This document shows positions 6,962-16,642 of a DNA stretch of 28,304 bases, piece after piece; the stretch's first letter is position 1; the number at the start of each line of letters is the position of its first letter. Both the position numbers and the translations under genes were made by a program. The notes under the pieces were generated by a model. The model had not been told where the DNA came from. It did not search any database and saw only the letters and a program-made list of their open reading frames with translations. Source of the stretch: an uncultured Gemmatimonadota bacterium (GTDB lineage: Bacteria; GCA-2686955); contig CAZBBK010000001.1 in assembly GCA_964490075.1 (NCBI GenBank), forward strand, positions 248,001 to 276,304, given 5' to 3'.

Positions 6962-8698
6962 ATGAGCTCCCTGCCCCTACTCCTCGTTTCGCTGCTGGCT
7001 CTCGGTCGGACCGCATCGGGGGTCGAGTACCACGTCGACCGTCACCATCCAGCCGCCGATGACGCCAATCCCGGCACCCTCACCCTTCCCTGGGCAACCA
7101 TCGGCAAGGCCAATGCAGCCCTCAGAGCCGGAGACACGGTTCACATTCACGCCGGCGCCTATGTCGACTACATCGAGCCCGACAGCAGCGGCGGAGCCGG
7201 TCTGCCGATCACCTACAGCGCCTGGAAGAGCGGCGCGCACTACGATCTGGTCTCCCTTTCCGAACGCACCATCAGCCTCGACCACCGAGATCATATCGTG
7301 GTGCGCGGCATTCGAATCACCGATCCTGGATCGAGATGGCCCTGTTACGTTCGGTTGACATCGAGCAGCCACTGCCTGCTCGAGGATTGCGTCTTCTCCG
7401 GCGGCAACTCTTATCACGGCATCCTGATCGGCAGCTGGTATCCGGATACCACGGCCTCCGCCTACAACACTTTGCGTGGCATCGTGGCAGGGGCGGTGAC
7501 GACCGGCGACATCATCAGCCTGCGCGGCAACGCCCACCACAATCTGATCGAGGACTGTGTCTTCTCTGATGAAGATGCGGCGGGAACGACCCACGCGGTC
7601 ATGGAGATGATCGGCCGCTGGCCCGACGGCCCCGATGAGGTGCCGCATCACAATATCGTTCGCAACACCATGCTGATCGGCAAGACCCACAGCTGCAACA
7701 ACATCCTCTGCGGCGCTCATTCGAACCTCTGGGACCGATGCATCATCGAGGGTGCCGGAACCGACCTGCCGCACGACGGCAACGCGACCCAGCTGGCGGC
7801 CTCCGACAACATCATCCGCCGGTCCCTGCTGATCGACAACATGAGCTACGAAAGCGACAACAATAACGTCCTTTCCATCTACTCCTGCAAGGGAAGCGCC
7901 TCTGATCCCGGCTACGACAATGTCCATTCCGTCGCCATGGGCAACCACGTCTATCACAACACTTTTTCCGGCAACGCGGGATACGCGGTCACCAATCACT
8001 ACTGGCGTGTTGTCGGAGACACGCCGGATTGCCTCGGCCTCGGCGAGAACGTCTTCGTGAACAACATATTCGTTGGCAACGGAGGCGAGCGCGAGGAACG
8101 CGAGCTCTATTACAACGATCGCGCCACCGGCGGCTACGGTGACAACGTGTTCCCGGATCTGTGGCGCTGCAACCTGATCGGCGACGACCCTTCCCAGGAC
8201 GTGATGGAGTGGGGATTCGAGGCCTACTTCACGCTCCAAGAGTGTGTCGACAGCATTCCTCCTGCTCTGGTCTTCGACGGCAACATCCAGGGGGATCCGG
8301 CATTCAGAGATCCCGCTGGCGGCGACTACTCGTTGCAGCCCGGCTCGCCCGGCATCGACGCCGGTTGTCCGCTCACCACGACGACCGCGGCCGGCTCGGG
8401 TCGGGAGCTGCCGGTGGAGGACGCGGGGTTCTTCTGCGACGGCTTCGGAATCGTCGGCGGTGACCTGGTCAAGGTAGGAGGCATGGGGCCTTTCGAGGTC
8501 GTGGCGGTTCCCGATGACGGGCACCTGGTGCTGGATGCCGCACTGTCGTGGGATGCCGGCCTCCCGGTCTGCCTGGATTATTCCGGGAGCGCGCCGGACA
8601 TCGGTGCGCTCGAGCTCGGGTCGCCGCTGCACCGCCGTGTGAACATCGGCGGACCGACTCGTGCCCCAGCGCAAGCGCGGCGCAGCACGAAGCGCTGA
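6962..8698 (+). CDS. Secreted right-handed beta-helix (pectate lyase-like, DUF1565-type N-terminus) protein
   Basis: Signal peptide; YHVD...DDANPGT...PWATIGKAN...AGDTVHIHAGAY; Asn-rich coils; DPAFRDPAGGDYSLQPGSPGIDAG...APDIGALE. Confidence 0.9.
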   Translation: MSSLPLLLVSLLALGRTASGVEYHVDRHHPAADDANPGTLTLPWATIGKANAALRAGDTVHIHAGAYVDYIEPDSSGGAGLPITYSAWKSGAHYDLVSLSERTISLDHRDHIVVRGIRITDPGSRWPCYVRLTSSSHCLLEDCVFSGGNSYHGILIGSWYPDTTASAYNTLRGIVAGAVTTGDIISLRGNAHHNLIEDCVFSDEDAAGTTHAVMEMIGRWPDGPDEVPHHNIVRNTMLIGKTHSCNNILCGAHSNLWDRCIIEGAGTDLPHDGNATQLAASDNIIRRSLLIDNMSYESDNNNVLSIYSCKGSASDPGYDNVHSVAMGNHVYHNTFSGNAGYAVTNHYWRVVGDTPDCLGLGENVFVNNIFVGNGGEREERELYYNDRATGGYGDNVFPDLWRCNLIGDDPSQDVMEWGFEAYFTLQECVDSIPPALVFDGNIQGDPAFRDPAGGDYSLQPGSPGIDAGCPLTTTTAAGSGRELPVEDAGFFCDGFGIVGGDLVKVGGMGPFEVVAVPDDGHLVLDAALSWDAGLPVCLDYSGSAPDIGALELGSPLHRRVNIGGPTRAPAQARRSTKR

Positions 8699-8709
8699 CC
8701 TCGAGCGGA

Positions 8710-9438
<729 letters not shown>

Positions 9439-9469
9439 GGTGAAGGCTCCACGTGGAGGGTGGCCGCGG

Positions 9470-9503
9470 ATTGTAGGCCACTCCGCCGGTTGGGATGTAG
9501 ACT
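9470..9503. promoter_or_regulatory. Divergent -10 elements for the hydrolase (-) and the amylase (+, probably leaderless)
   Basis: TACAAT on the - strand at 9470-9475. TAGACT on the + strand at 9498-9503, 6 nt before ATG 9510, with no Shine-Dalgarno. Confidence 0.5.
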
Positions 9504-9509
9504 CCGCCC

Positions 9510-10883
9510 ATGTCCCTTGCCCGCGGAAGCGCGATCCTCGCCCTGGCGTCGGCCCTGCTGATTGCAGGTTGCCGACAATCGCGGAGCAGTGACGAACCTC
9601 CCTGCACGGTCCCACCCGCCTGGAGCCACGCCGCCAACATCTACGAGCTCAACGTGCGACAGTTCACCGAGCAAGGCACGCTGCCGGCGGCGGCGGCGCA
9701 CCTGCCTCGGCTGCGCGAGCTGGGGGTCGACATCGTCTGGCTGATGCCGATCCATCCGATCGGTGTAGAGCGGCGCAAGGGCACACTCGGCAGCTACTAC
9801 TCGGTGCGCGACTACCTCGCGGTCAATCCGGAATTCGGCGACCTGGACGATCTGCGCGCCTTCGTCGACCGCGCCCACGAGCTGGAGATGCGCGTGCTGC
9901 TCGACTGGGTGGCGAACCACACGGCCTGGGACAACCCGCTGGTGGTCGAGCATCCCGACTGGTTCACGCGCGATGCGCGGGGAGCGATGATCCCGCCGGT
10001 GCCCGATTGGAGCGACGTCGTCGACCTAAGCTACGACGCGCCGGGACTGCGACGCTACATGATCGATGCGCTGCTCTTCTGGGTGCGGGAAGCCAACATC
10101 GACGGCTTTCGCTGCGACGTGGCCGAGCTGGTGCCGCTCGATTTCTGGCGCGCCGCGCGGTCCGAGCTGGATGCGTCGAAGCCGGTATTCATGCTGGCCG
10201 AAGGAGACCGGGCCGAGCTGCATCGGGGCGCCTTCGACATGAGCTACGGCTGGTCGCTGCTCGACCTGATGAACGAGATCGCCGCCGGCGAAGCGGGGCC
10301 GGGGGAGATCGAGCGCTGGCTCGAAAAGGAGCGAGAGACTTACGCCGAGTGTGCCTACCGCATGTACTTCACCAGCAACCACGACAAGAACTCCTGGGAC
10401 GCAAGCGCGGTGGAGCGCTTGGGCGAGGGGCTGGAGGCACTCTCGGTGCTGGCGGCCACGATCGGCGGCATGCCGCTGATCTACGGCGGCCAGGAGGCGG
10501 GGCTGGACCAGCGTCTGGAGTTCTTCGAACGCGATCCGATCCACTGGCGGCCGCATCCAATGGCGACGCTTTATCGGCGTCTCTTGCTTCTGAAGCGCAG
10601 CGAGCAGGCGCTGTGGAACGGGAGCCGGGGCGCGCGGGCGACGCGGGTCACGACCAGTGTCGACGACCGGGTGTTCGCCTTCGATCGGCGCACGGATGAG
10701 GGCGGCGTGCGGGTGGTCCTGAATCTCTCACCCGATCCGGTGCAGGCGCGCCTCGCCGACGCATTGCCGGGATCGAAGGTGAGCAACGCTTTTACCGCCT
10801 CGGAGGTAACGGAAACCGACCGAGAGCAGGTGAGCCTCGCCCCCTGGGATTATCGAATCTGGCGGGTTCGACCGGAGAACTAG
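9510..10883 (+). CDS. GH13 alpha-amylase family glycoside hydrolase, probable lipoprotein
   Basis: LIAGC lipobox; conserved GH13 regions DWVANH, DGFRCDVA, LAEG and SNHD. Confidence 0.95.
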   Translation: MSLARGSAILALASALLIAGCRQSRSSDEPPCTVPPAWSHAANIYELNVRQFTEQGTLPAAAAHLPRLRELGVDIVWLMPIHPIGVERRKGTLGSYYSVRDYLAVNPEFGDLDDLRAFVDRAHELEMRVLLDWVANHTAWDNPLVVEHPDWFTRDARGAMIPPVPDWSDVVDLSYDAPGLRRYMIDALLFWVREANIDGFRCDVAELVPLDFWRAARSELDASKPVFMLAEGDRAELHRGAFDMSYGWSLLDLMNEIAAGEAGPGEIERWLEKERETYAECAYRMYFTSNHDKNSWDASAVERLGEGLEALSVLAATIGGMPLIYGGQEAGLDQRLEFFERDPIHWRPHPMATLYRRLLLLKRSEQALWNGSRGARATRVTTSVDDRVFAFDRRTDEGGVRVVLNLSPDPVQARLADALPGSKVSNAFTASEVTETDREQVSLAPWDYRIWRVRPEN

Positions 10884-10886
10884 ACG

Positions 10887-11360
10887 ATGCCCGAGCCCGA
10901 ACGGCCGATCAAGGAGAGCCGTGTCGAGATGACCCAGATCGTGCTGCCGCAGTTCGCCAACTCCTTCGGCAGCGTGTTCGGCGGCCAGGTGGTGTCGTGG
11001 ATCGACATCTGCGCGGCGGTCGCCGCCCAGCGCCACTGCGGCGGCGCGGTGGTGACTCTGTCGATCGACGCCGTGCACTTCCGCGAGCCGATCCGCCAGG
11101 GCGACGTGGTGATCCTGCGGGGCCAGGTCAACGCCGCTTTCCGGACCAGCGTCGAATGCGGTGTGCGGGTCGAGAGCGAGAGCGTGCGCACCGGCGAGCG
11201 GCGCCACGCGGTGACCGCCTACTGCACCTTCGTGGCGGTCGACGACCAGGGAAAGCCGCGCCCGATTCGGCCCCTGGGGCTGGAGTCGGCGCAAGATCGG
11301 CGGCGCTGCGCTCAGGCCAAAGAGCGGCGCCGGCGGCGGCTGGAGGAGCGGGCTAGTTGA
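10887..11360 (+). CDS. Acyl-CoA thioesterase (hotdog fold, YciA-like)
   Basis: NSFGSVFGGQVVSWID, VVTLSIDAVHFREPI and TFVAVD motifs. Confidence 0.93.
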   Translation: MPEPERPIKESRVEMTQIVLPQFANSFGSVFGGQVVSWIDICAAVAAQRHCGGAVVTLSIDAVHFREPIRQGDVVILRGQVNAAFRTSVECGVRVESESVRTGERRHAVTAYCTFVAVDDQGKPRPIRPLGLESAQDRRRCAQAKERRRRRLEERAS

Positions 11361-11916
11361 CTGTGAAGCAATCGGGTCTCCCCGTGAGCGGCACGCCCAG
11401 CTCGTGCTGCCAGATCCATTTGACGCGAGAGGCTCCGTCGAACTGCAAGGGCCGAAGGGGCGGGATCGGATAGAAGGTCCCGATGATCCAGCCGTAGTCC
11501 GGTTGGTTCTCCGGCACCAGACCATAGTCAACCAGTCCGCTGGTGTGTACGTAGCCCAGGGGGTCGGTCGTGCCGCAGAGATAGAAGGCATCGACCCGCA
11601 GGAGCCTGTGGGGGCTTCCTTCCAAATGGATGAACTGCACGAAGGCAGCCGTATCACCCCAGGCGAACGCATAATCTTCGGGGGTGTACCAGGTGGCGCC
11701 GCCGGCGTCCGAGAACCACGCGTCGTACCACATGCCCGCGATGACCGGCCAGTCGGGAATCGGCACCGTAGTGCGCGCACTCCCCGAGCACTCCAGGGCG
11801 ATCGGCCGATTGGCCTGCAGCGGAACCGCCGCCTGCTGGGCCAAGGCGCTGCCGCCGGCGCCAGCGGCGAGGAGCGTGGCCAGGGCCGCGATTCGGGGGC
11901 TGAATCGGTGAGCCAT
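11353..11916 (-). CDS. Secreted hypothetical protein
   Basis: Signal peptide ending in ALA-Q; GGGAGAGA RBS; extended -10 TGTTACCAT at 11958-11966; aromatic-rich mature region. Confidence 0.75.
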   Translation of the reverse strand: MAHRFSPRIAALATLLAAGAGGSALAQQAAVPLQANRPIALECSGSARTTVPIPDWPVIAGMWYDAWFSDAGGATWYTPEDYAFAWGDTAAFVQFIHLEGSPHRLLRVDAFYLCGTTDPLGYVHTSGLVDYGLVPENQPDYGWIIGTFYPIPPLRPLQFDGASRVKWIWQHELGVPLTGRPDCFTVN

Positions 11917-11975
11917 GTCTCTCTCCCTTCGTCGGTGTGAGATCGGCGATCGGGCCTATGGTAACACGGATCCGG

Positions 11976-12635
11976 TCAGAGCAGATCGAGCTTCACGCTC
12001 AACCCGATCGATGCCACCGGGTAGAACTTGAAGGCGCTCAGGTCGTCCTCGGCGTTCGCCGCCTCTTCCTCCAGACTGGTGCGCAGGGTCGGGTCGTCGG
12101 CGAGGTGGCCGTCCGCTTTGAGCTCGACCGCGGGAGAGCCCTGGAAAACCACGCCGAGGTCGAGCGCGAGAGCGATCCGGCTCGAGGCGGCATTGCCCCA
12201 GCCGAGCCCCAGGTAGGGCGCGAAGGCGCTGAACTCGACCACGCCGGTCACGGTCCCCACGTCGTCGCCCTCGAAGGGGATCTCGTCGTCTCCAAAGGTG
12301 AACTGGATCGCCGGCTGGCTGACCACCTCGAGCTCGTTCAAGTTGATCAGGGCGCCCCCGCTCAGGCGGAAGCCGAGCAGCGGAAGGGGGTGGTAGTCGG
12401 CGAGCAGATGCAGCGAGCGCAGGCTCAACGTGGCGTCATAGTCGACCCCGCTGACCTCGGCGTCGTAGCCGAACGAGAAGAAGTTGAAGCCCCCCCGGGC
12501 GTTGACCATCGGCACCAGCGACTTGGTCGCCTCGATGCCAAGCCCCAGAGTTCCGACGCGCGCGCCGACTCCCAGGTCCGCCAGAGCCGCCGTGCCGAAC
12601 GCCATCGAGCAGCAAACCGCGTGCCAAGCTCTCAT
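11976..12635 (-). CDS. Outer-membrane beta-barrel protein, uncharacterised
   Basis: Signal peptide; alternating beta strands (VGARVGTLGLGIE, PYLGLGWGN, LDLGVVFQG, FYPVASIGLSVKL); GAGGA RBS. Confidence 0.85.
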   Translation of the reverse strand: MRAWHAVCCSMAFGTAALADLGVGARVGTLGLGIEATKSLVPMVNARGGFNFFSFGYDAEVSGVDYDATLSLRSLHLLADYHPLPLLGFRLSGGALINLNELEVVSQPAIQFTFGDDEIPFEGDDVGTVTGVVEFSAFAPYLGLGWGNAASSRIALALDLGVVFQGSPAVELKADGHLADDPTLRTSLEEEAANAEDDLSAFKFYPVASIGLSVKLDLL

Positions 12636-12725
12636 CGTCGCCGTCCTCTCGTCTCTTTATGTGGTCAGGATCGTCTCCAACGTCACCTCTGAGCCTAGTC
12701 CGCGGGGGCGAGCGCGGAAAGCTGC

Positions 12726-13841
12726 TCAACCCAGATCGACCGCCAGCAAGGTCAAGTCGTCATCCAGCGGGCGGCCGGCGACGAACTCGCCCAAGGCCGT
12801 CTCGACGGCGCGAACCAGAGCGGCCGCGTTCGCGTGATCGCCGTCCACGACCCGCCACAGGCGCTCTTCCCCGAACTCCTCTTCCGGCCCACGGGCCTCG
12901 AGCACGCCGTCGGTGTAGAGCAGCAAACGCTCGCCCGGCTCGATGGCGATTCGCTCCTGGCGCCAGGTCGCCCCCGGCAGCGCGGGAGAGACCAGGGGCC
13001 CGGTCGGCTCCAGCGCGCGCCTCCCGAGCGCGCCTCCCCAGAGCAGGGCTGGCGGATGTCCGGCCGATGCGTAGTCGAGCACGCCCTTCTCGATGCGGGC
13101 GCAAAACAGAGTCACGAAACGGTTGTGCTCGAAGGGCCGGATGCTGCGCGCGATCTGCCGCACCACCGCCAGGGGCTCGTAGTGCTGATTCCAGGTGTCG
13201 TGCAACGACGATTTCACCAGTGCGGTCAGCATCGCCGCCGATGCGCCGTGGCCGCATACGTCGGCCACCAGCAACACGCCGGCCCGATCGCCGATCGGCA
13301 CCACGTCGTAGAAATCGCCCGCCAGCTCGGCGCAGGGCTGGTAGGCGGCTGCCAGCGACAATCCGGTGATTGCCGCGTCCGGCGCCGGGAGCAGGCTGCG
13401 TTGAAATGCGCGCGCGGCCTCCAGCTCCGACTCCAGACGCGCCAGGTAGCGACGATTCTCCGCGCTCAGGCGGCGCTGCTCCAGACAGCGCTCGACGATC
13501 GTCAGCAGCACTTCACGATCGAAGGGTTTCTGCAGGAAGTAGAAGGCGCGCTCGCGGATCGAGCGCACCAGCTTGTGGTCGAGCTCGCTGACGATGCCGG
13601 TGACGAAGATCACGTCGACTCCGGGGCGACGCTCTCGAAGCCGCCCCATCAGCTCGAAGCCGTCCATCCCCGGCATGTGGATGTCGAGGATCGCCAGGTC
13701 GGGCTCGAATTCTCCGACGATCTCGAGCGCGTCTCGAGGGACATCGGCGCTGCGCACCGCGTAGTGCGAGGCCAGAACCCGTTCGGCGCTTCTCAGCATG
13801 TTGGCATCGTCGTCGACGATCAGGATCCGCTCTTTGGTCAT
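12726..13841 (-). CDS. Response regulator receiver fused to a SpoIIE/PP2C phosphatase (RsbU/RsbP-like)
   Basis: REC motifs ILIVDDD, LDIHMPGMDG and KPF; PP2C motifs GDFYD, ADVCGHG, AGHPP, YTDGV and DDLT. Confidence 0.95.
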   Translation of the reverse strand: MTKERILIVDDDANMLRSAERVLASHYAVRSADVPRDALEIVGEFEPDLAILDIHMPGMDGFELMGRLRERRPGVDVIFVTGIVSELDHKLVRSIRERAFYFLQKPFDREVLLTIVERCLEQRRLSAENRRYLARLESELEAARAFQRSLLPAPDAAITGLSLAAAYQPCAELAGDFYDVVPIGDRAGVLLVADVCGHGASAAMLTALVKSSLHDTWNQHYEPLAVVRQIARSIRPFEHNRFVTLFCARIEKGVLDYASAGHPPALLWGGALGRRALEPTGPLVSPALPGATWRQERIAIEPGERLLLYTDGVLEARGPEEEFGEERLWRVVDGDHANAAALVRAVETALGEFVAGRPLDDDLTLLAVDLG

Positions 13842-15538
13842 GTCGGCTCTCCCGGTTCGCTGGGGGCGGCGCTGCTCGGCAGGCGTACGCTGACCGTCGT
13901 CCCGTGCCCGGGACAGCTCTCGATCGCCAGCTCGCCGCGCATTCCCCAGACGATCGAGCGACAGATCGAGAGGCCGAGCCCGTTGCCGTCGGGCTTGGTG
14001 GTGAAGAAGGGCTCCTCGATGCGCTCCATCAGCTCCGGCGCGATTCCCGAGCCTGAGTCGGTCACGATCAGCTCCACGCGATCACCGGCGGAGCGCAGCA
14101 CGATTCGCAGCCGCCCCCCCTCGGCCATGGCATCGCGGGCGTTGGCCGCGAGATTCAGCAAGAGCTGCTCCAGATCGCCCTGGGCGCCGTGGACCGGAGG
14201 CAGCTCGTCATCGACCTCGAGCTCCAAGGCGATGCGCCGATTGCGCAGACCAACGTCGATGATCGCCAGCGAGCTCTGCAGCGCCTGCGCCAGGTCGCAA
14301 CGACCTCGGTGGCGGGCGTTGCCGCGAGCGAAGGCCAACATGCCGCCGAAGATCCGCCGCGAAGTGCGCAACACCGTCTCGATCTGCGCCAGATCTTGCA
14401 GCAATGTGTCGGTGGTGGTGGCGCCCTTCTTGGCATCGACGATCATCTGCTGCACAAGAGGAATCAGGGCTCCCATCGCGTTGTTGACGTCGTGCGACAC
14501 TCCACGCGCCAGGTCGGCCACTGCGTGCTTCTTCTCGGCCTCGATGATCCGCCTCTCGAGATGCGCCGTGCGACGCAGATTGCGCATCGCGACGGTGACG
14601 TGGGGCAGGAAGGCGTTGACCAGATCGGCCTCGTAGGATCCGAGCTCGCCGGGTCTGCGAGCGGCGATCTTGAGCACGCCGTGAGCACCGCGCCTGCCGG
14701 TCAAGGGGGCGCAGATCATCGAGCATTCGCGGGGGCTTCCAGAGCTGCCGATCGATTCGAAATCGAGCATCTGTGCCAGAGTGGCTCGATCGCTCGTTCC
14801 CCAGCCACGCCATGCGCCCTCCACCCGATCGAAGCCGTGCACCTCTCCACGCTCGAGCAACGCCACGGTTTCGGCGGCAATCGGCACGGCATGGCCCACC
14901 CGGGCGCTCTTTCCCTTGTGCCAGGCGATTTGCTCGGCCGCCAGGGTCACCGTGCCGGCGTCGCGGTCGAGGACCAGGATCGCGGCGGAGTGGCTGTAGT
15001 GGATCAGGCCGCGCAGTCCGTGCAGAGTCTGGTAGAAGAGGTCCTCCGGGCGCAGCTGCTCCATCAGCTTGCGATCGATTCGCGAGCGGACGTCGGCGAT
15101 GCGCTGGCGATCGATTTCCTGCATGAACCGGGAGAGAGTTTGCGCGGCCCGCTTCAGCTCGCGCAGTGCGCTGCGCTCGAAGGGGCGCCTCTGGCGCGCC
15201 AGACCGATCAGGCCCCAGCGCCGCCCGCGCCGCTCGAGCGCCGCGAATATCGTCGCCAGCGGCAGCCGCGGGCCTTGGCCGCGCAGCGCATCGGCAGGTA
15301 CCGGTTCGCTCCAGGGAGCGCCGTCGCGCAGCACGATCTCGGCTCCGCCGTCGGCGGCGAGCCGCGCCACGCAGGAGGAGTCGGCGCCAAAACGCCGGCG
15401 CGCGGCGCGCAGCGCGATCTTCAGCGCCTTGTCGACATCGCCGACTCCCTGCAGGTTCACCACCAGATCGGCGGAGAGTGACCCCGCTGGGGCTTCGGCT
15501 TCAGTCTCGGAATCGATCGACAGTCGTGACATCGCCAT
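13838..15538 (-). CDS. Cytoplasmic GAF-domain sensor histidine kinase
   Basis: Two GAF-like N-terminal regions; H-box SHDVNN, N-box NLAANARDA, DSGSGI, PFFTTK and GLGLSI; no TM helix. Stop overlaps the ATG of the REC-PP2C gene. Start could be 15538 or 15532. Confidence 0.92.
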   Translation of the reverse strand: MAMSRLSIDSETEAEAPAGSLSADLVVNLQGVGDVDKALKIALRAARRRFGADSSCVARLAADGGAEIVLRDGAPWSEPVPADALRGQGPRLPLATIFAALERRGRRWGLIGLARQRRPFERSALRELKRAAQTLSRFMQEIDRQRIADVRSRIDRKLMEQLRPEDLFYQTLHGLRGLIHYSHSAAILVLDRDAGTVTLAAEQIAWHKGKSARVGHAVPIAAETVALLERGEVHGFDRVEGAWRGWGTSDRATLAQMLDFESIGSSGSPRECSMICAPLTGRRGAHGVLKIAARRPGELGSYEADLVNAFLPHVTVAMRNLRRTAHLERRIIEAEKKHAVADLARGVSHDVNNAMGALIPLVQQMIVDAKKGATTTDTLLQDLAQIETVLRTSRRIFGGMLAFARGNARHRGRCDLAQALQSSLAIIDVGLRNRRIALELEVDDELPPVHGAQGDLEQLLLNLAANARDAMAEGGRLRIVLRSAGDRVELIVTDSGSGIAPELMERIEEPFFTTKPDGNGLGLSICRSIVWGMRGELAIESCPGHGTTVSVRLPSSAAPSEPGEPT

Positions 15539-15683
15539 CTCGTATCGACGGGTGGGATGGGCTGAGCGATCGGATCGTAGCGCGCCGCGGGACTCCCGCG
15601 ATAGGCGCTTGCGATGGTACACGCGAACGCCCACCACCCGCTGATCGCGCGGGGGTGGGCGTGATTCGACTTGCGAGGGGCGT

Positions 15684-16610
15684 CTAGCGCGCCAGGGGCA
15701 CGGCGATTCCGAAGGGCGTGTTGCCCTCGTCGACTCCGATGTGCACCTCGAGGCTCGGCACGTAGCCACGCGCGGTCGGGGCGAAGACGATCCGCGAAGC
15801 GATCTGTCGCGGCTGCTCCTCCTGGGCCACGATCCAGCCAATGGCCTCCTCGATGACCTCCTGGCGATCGCGCATCTCGCTCAGCTCGGGCGCCAAGGAG
15901 AATGCAGGCCAGTGGACTCGCATGCGGGCCAGCTCGCCGCGGTTGGAGACGGTTGCGCGGATCCGGGCGTCGACCACCGGGACGCCGGCAATCTTGCGCT
16001 CCAAGGTCACCATGGTCGCGCGGGTCGCGGTGGCGCGCTGCGTGTCGTCGCCCACCGGCGCCCACTGCATCTCCACCTCGGCCACGTCGAGGTCGGTCTG
16101 CCCTTCGTGCACCGGCACTTCGAGCTCGTCCAGAGCCTCGAAGACCACTCGCAGCGACCGCTCGCGCCCCACGCCAAGGCGCGGCGACGACTGGAAGTCG
16201 AAGCCCCGCTCGGTGCTCACGTAGCGAACGAATCCCTTGTCTCGGTCGAACTTGATGCCGCGGATCTCGTCGGTGGCTTCGACGCGCTCTCCGGCGATGG
16301 CCGGACTCGAGGGAGCGATGTCGCCGGCGGCGGCGGCGATCTGGTCGAGCGACAGTGTCGCCATCCAATCACCGGATTCGCCCGCCACGGAGAGCAGCGA
16401 AACGTCGTAGTCCGGCGTTGCAGCGTCGAGCGCGATCTCCATCCGCTCCATGGCCTCGAGCGCCGCTTCGGAGGGGGCATAGCCCTCGGAGATAGCGGCG
16501 GCACGTTCGGAAACGATTCGCTCGGTCGCCGTATCCGCGGATGCGGTTCCAGCGAAGGCCGCGATGGTCAGGGCGCTCATGCCGAGCGCGATGGTCGTGT
16601 TGGTCTTCAT
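15684..16610 (-). CDS. Secreted hypothetical protein, partner of the DUF6345 protein, with an FTP/PepSY-like segment
   Basis: MKTNTTIALGMSALTIAAFAGTASA signal peptide with AGGA RBS (alternative start 16634); segment VTLERKIAGVPVVDARIRATVSNRGEL. Confidence 0.8.
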   Translation of the reverse strand: MKTNTTIALGMSALTIAAFAGTASADTATERIVSERAAAISEGYAPSEAALEAMERMEIALDAATPDYDVSLLSVAGESGDWMATLSLDQIAAAAGDIAPSSPAIAGERVEATDEIRGIKFDRDKGFVRYVSTERGFDFQSSPRLGVGRERSLRVVFEALDELEVPVHEGQTDLDVAEVEMQWAPVGDDTQRATATRATMVTLERKIAGVPVVDARIRATVSNRGELARMRVHWPAFSLAPELSEMRDRQEVIEEAIGWIVAQEEQPRQIASRIVFAPTARGYVPSLEVHIGVDEGNTPFGIAVPLAR

Positions 16611-16642
16611 TATCCTGGTCCTCTCTTGGGCCATCTAGCTGG

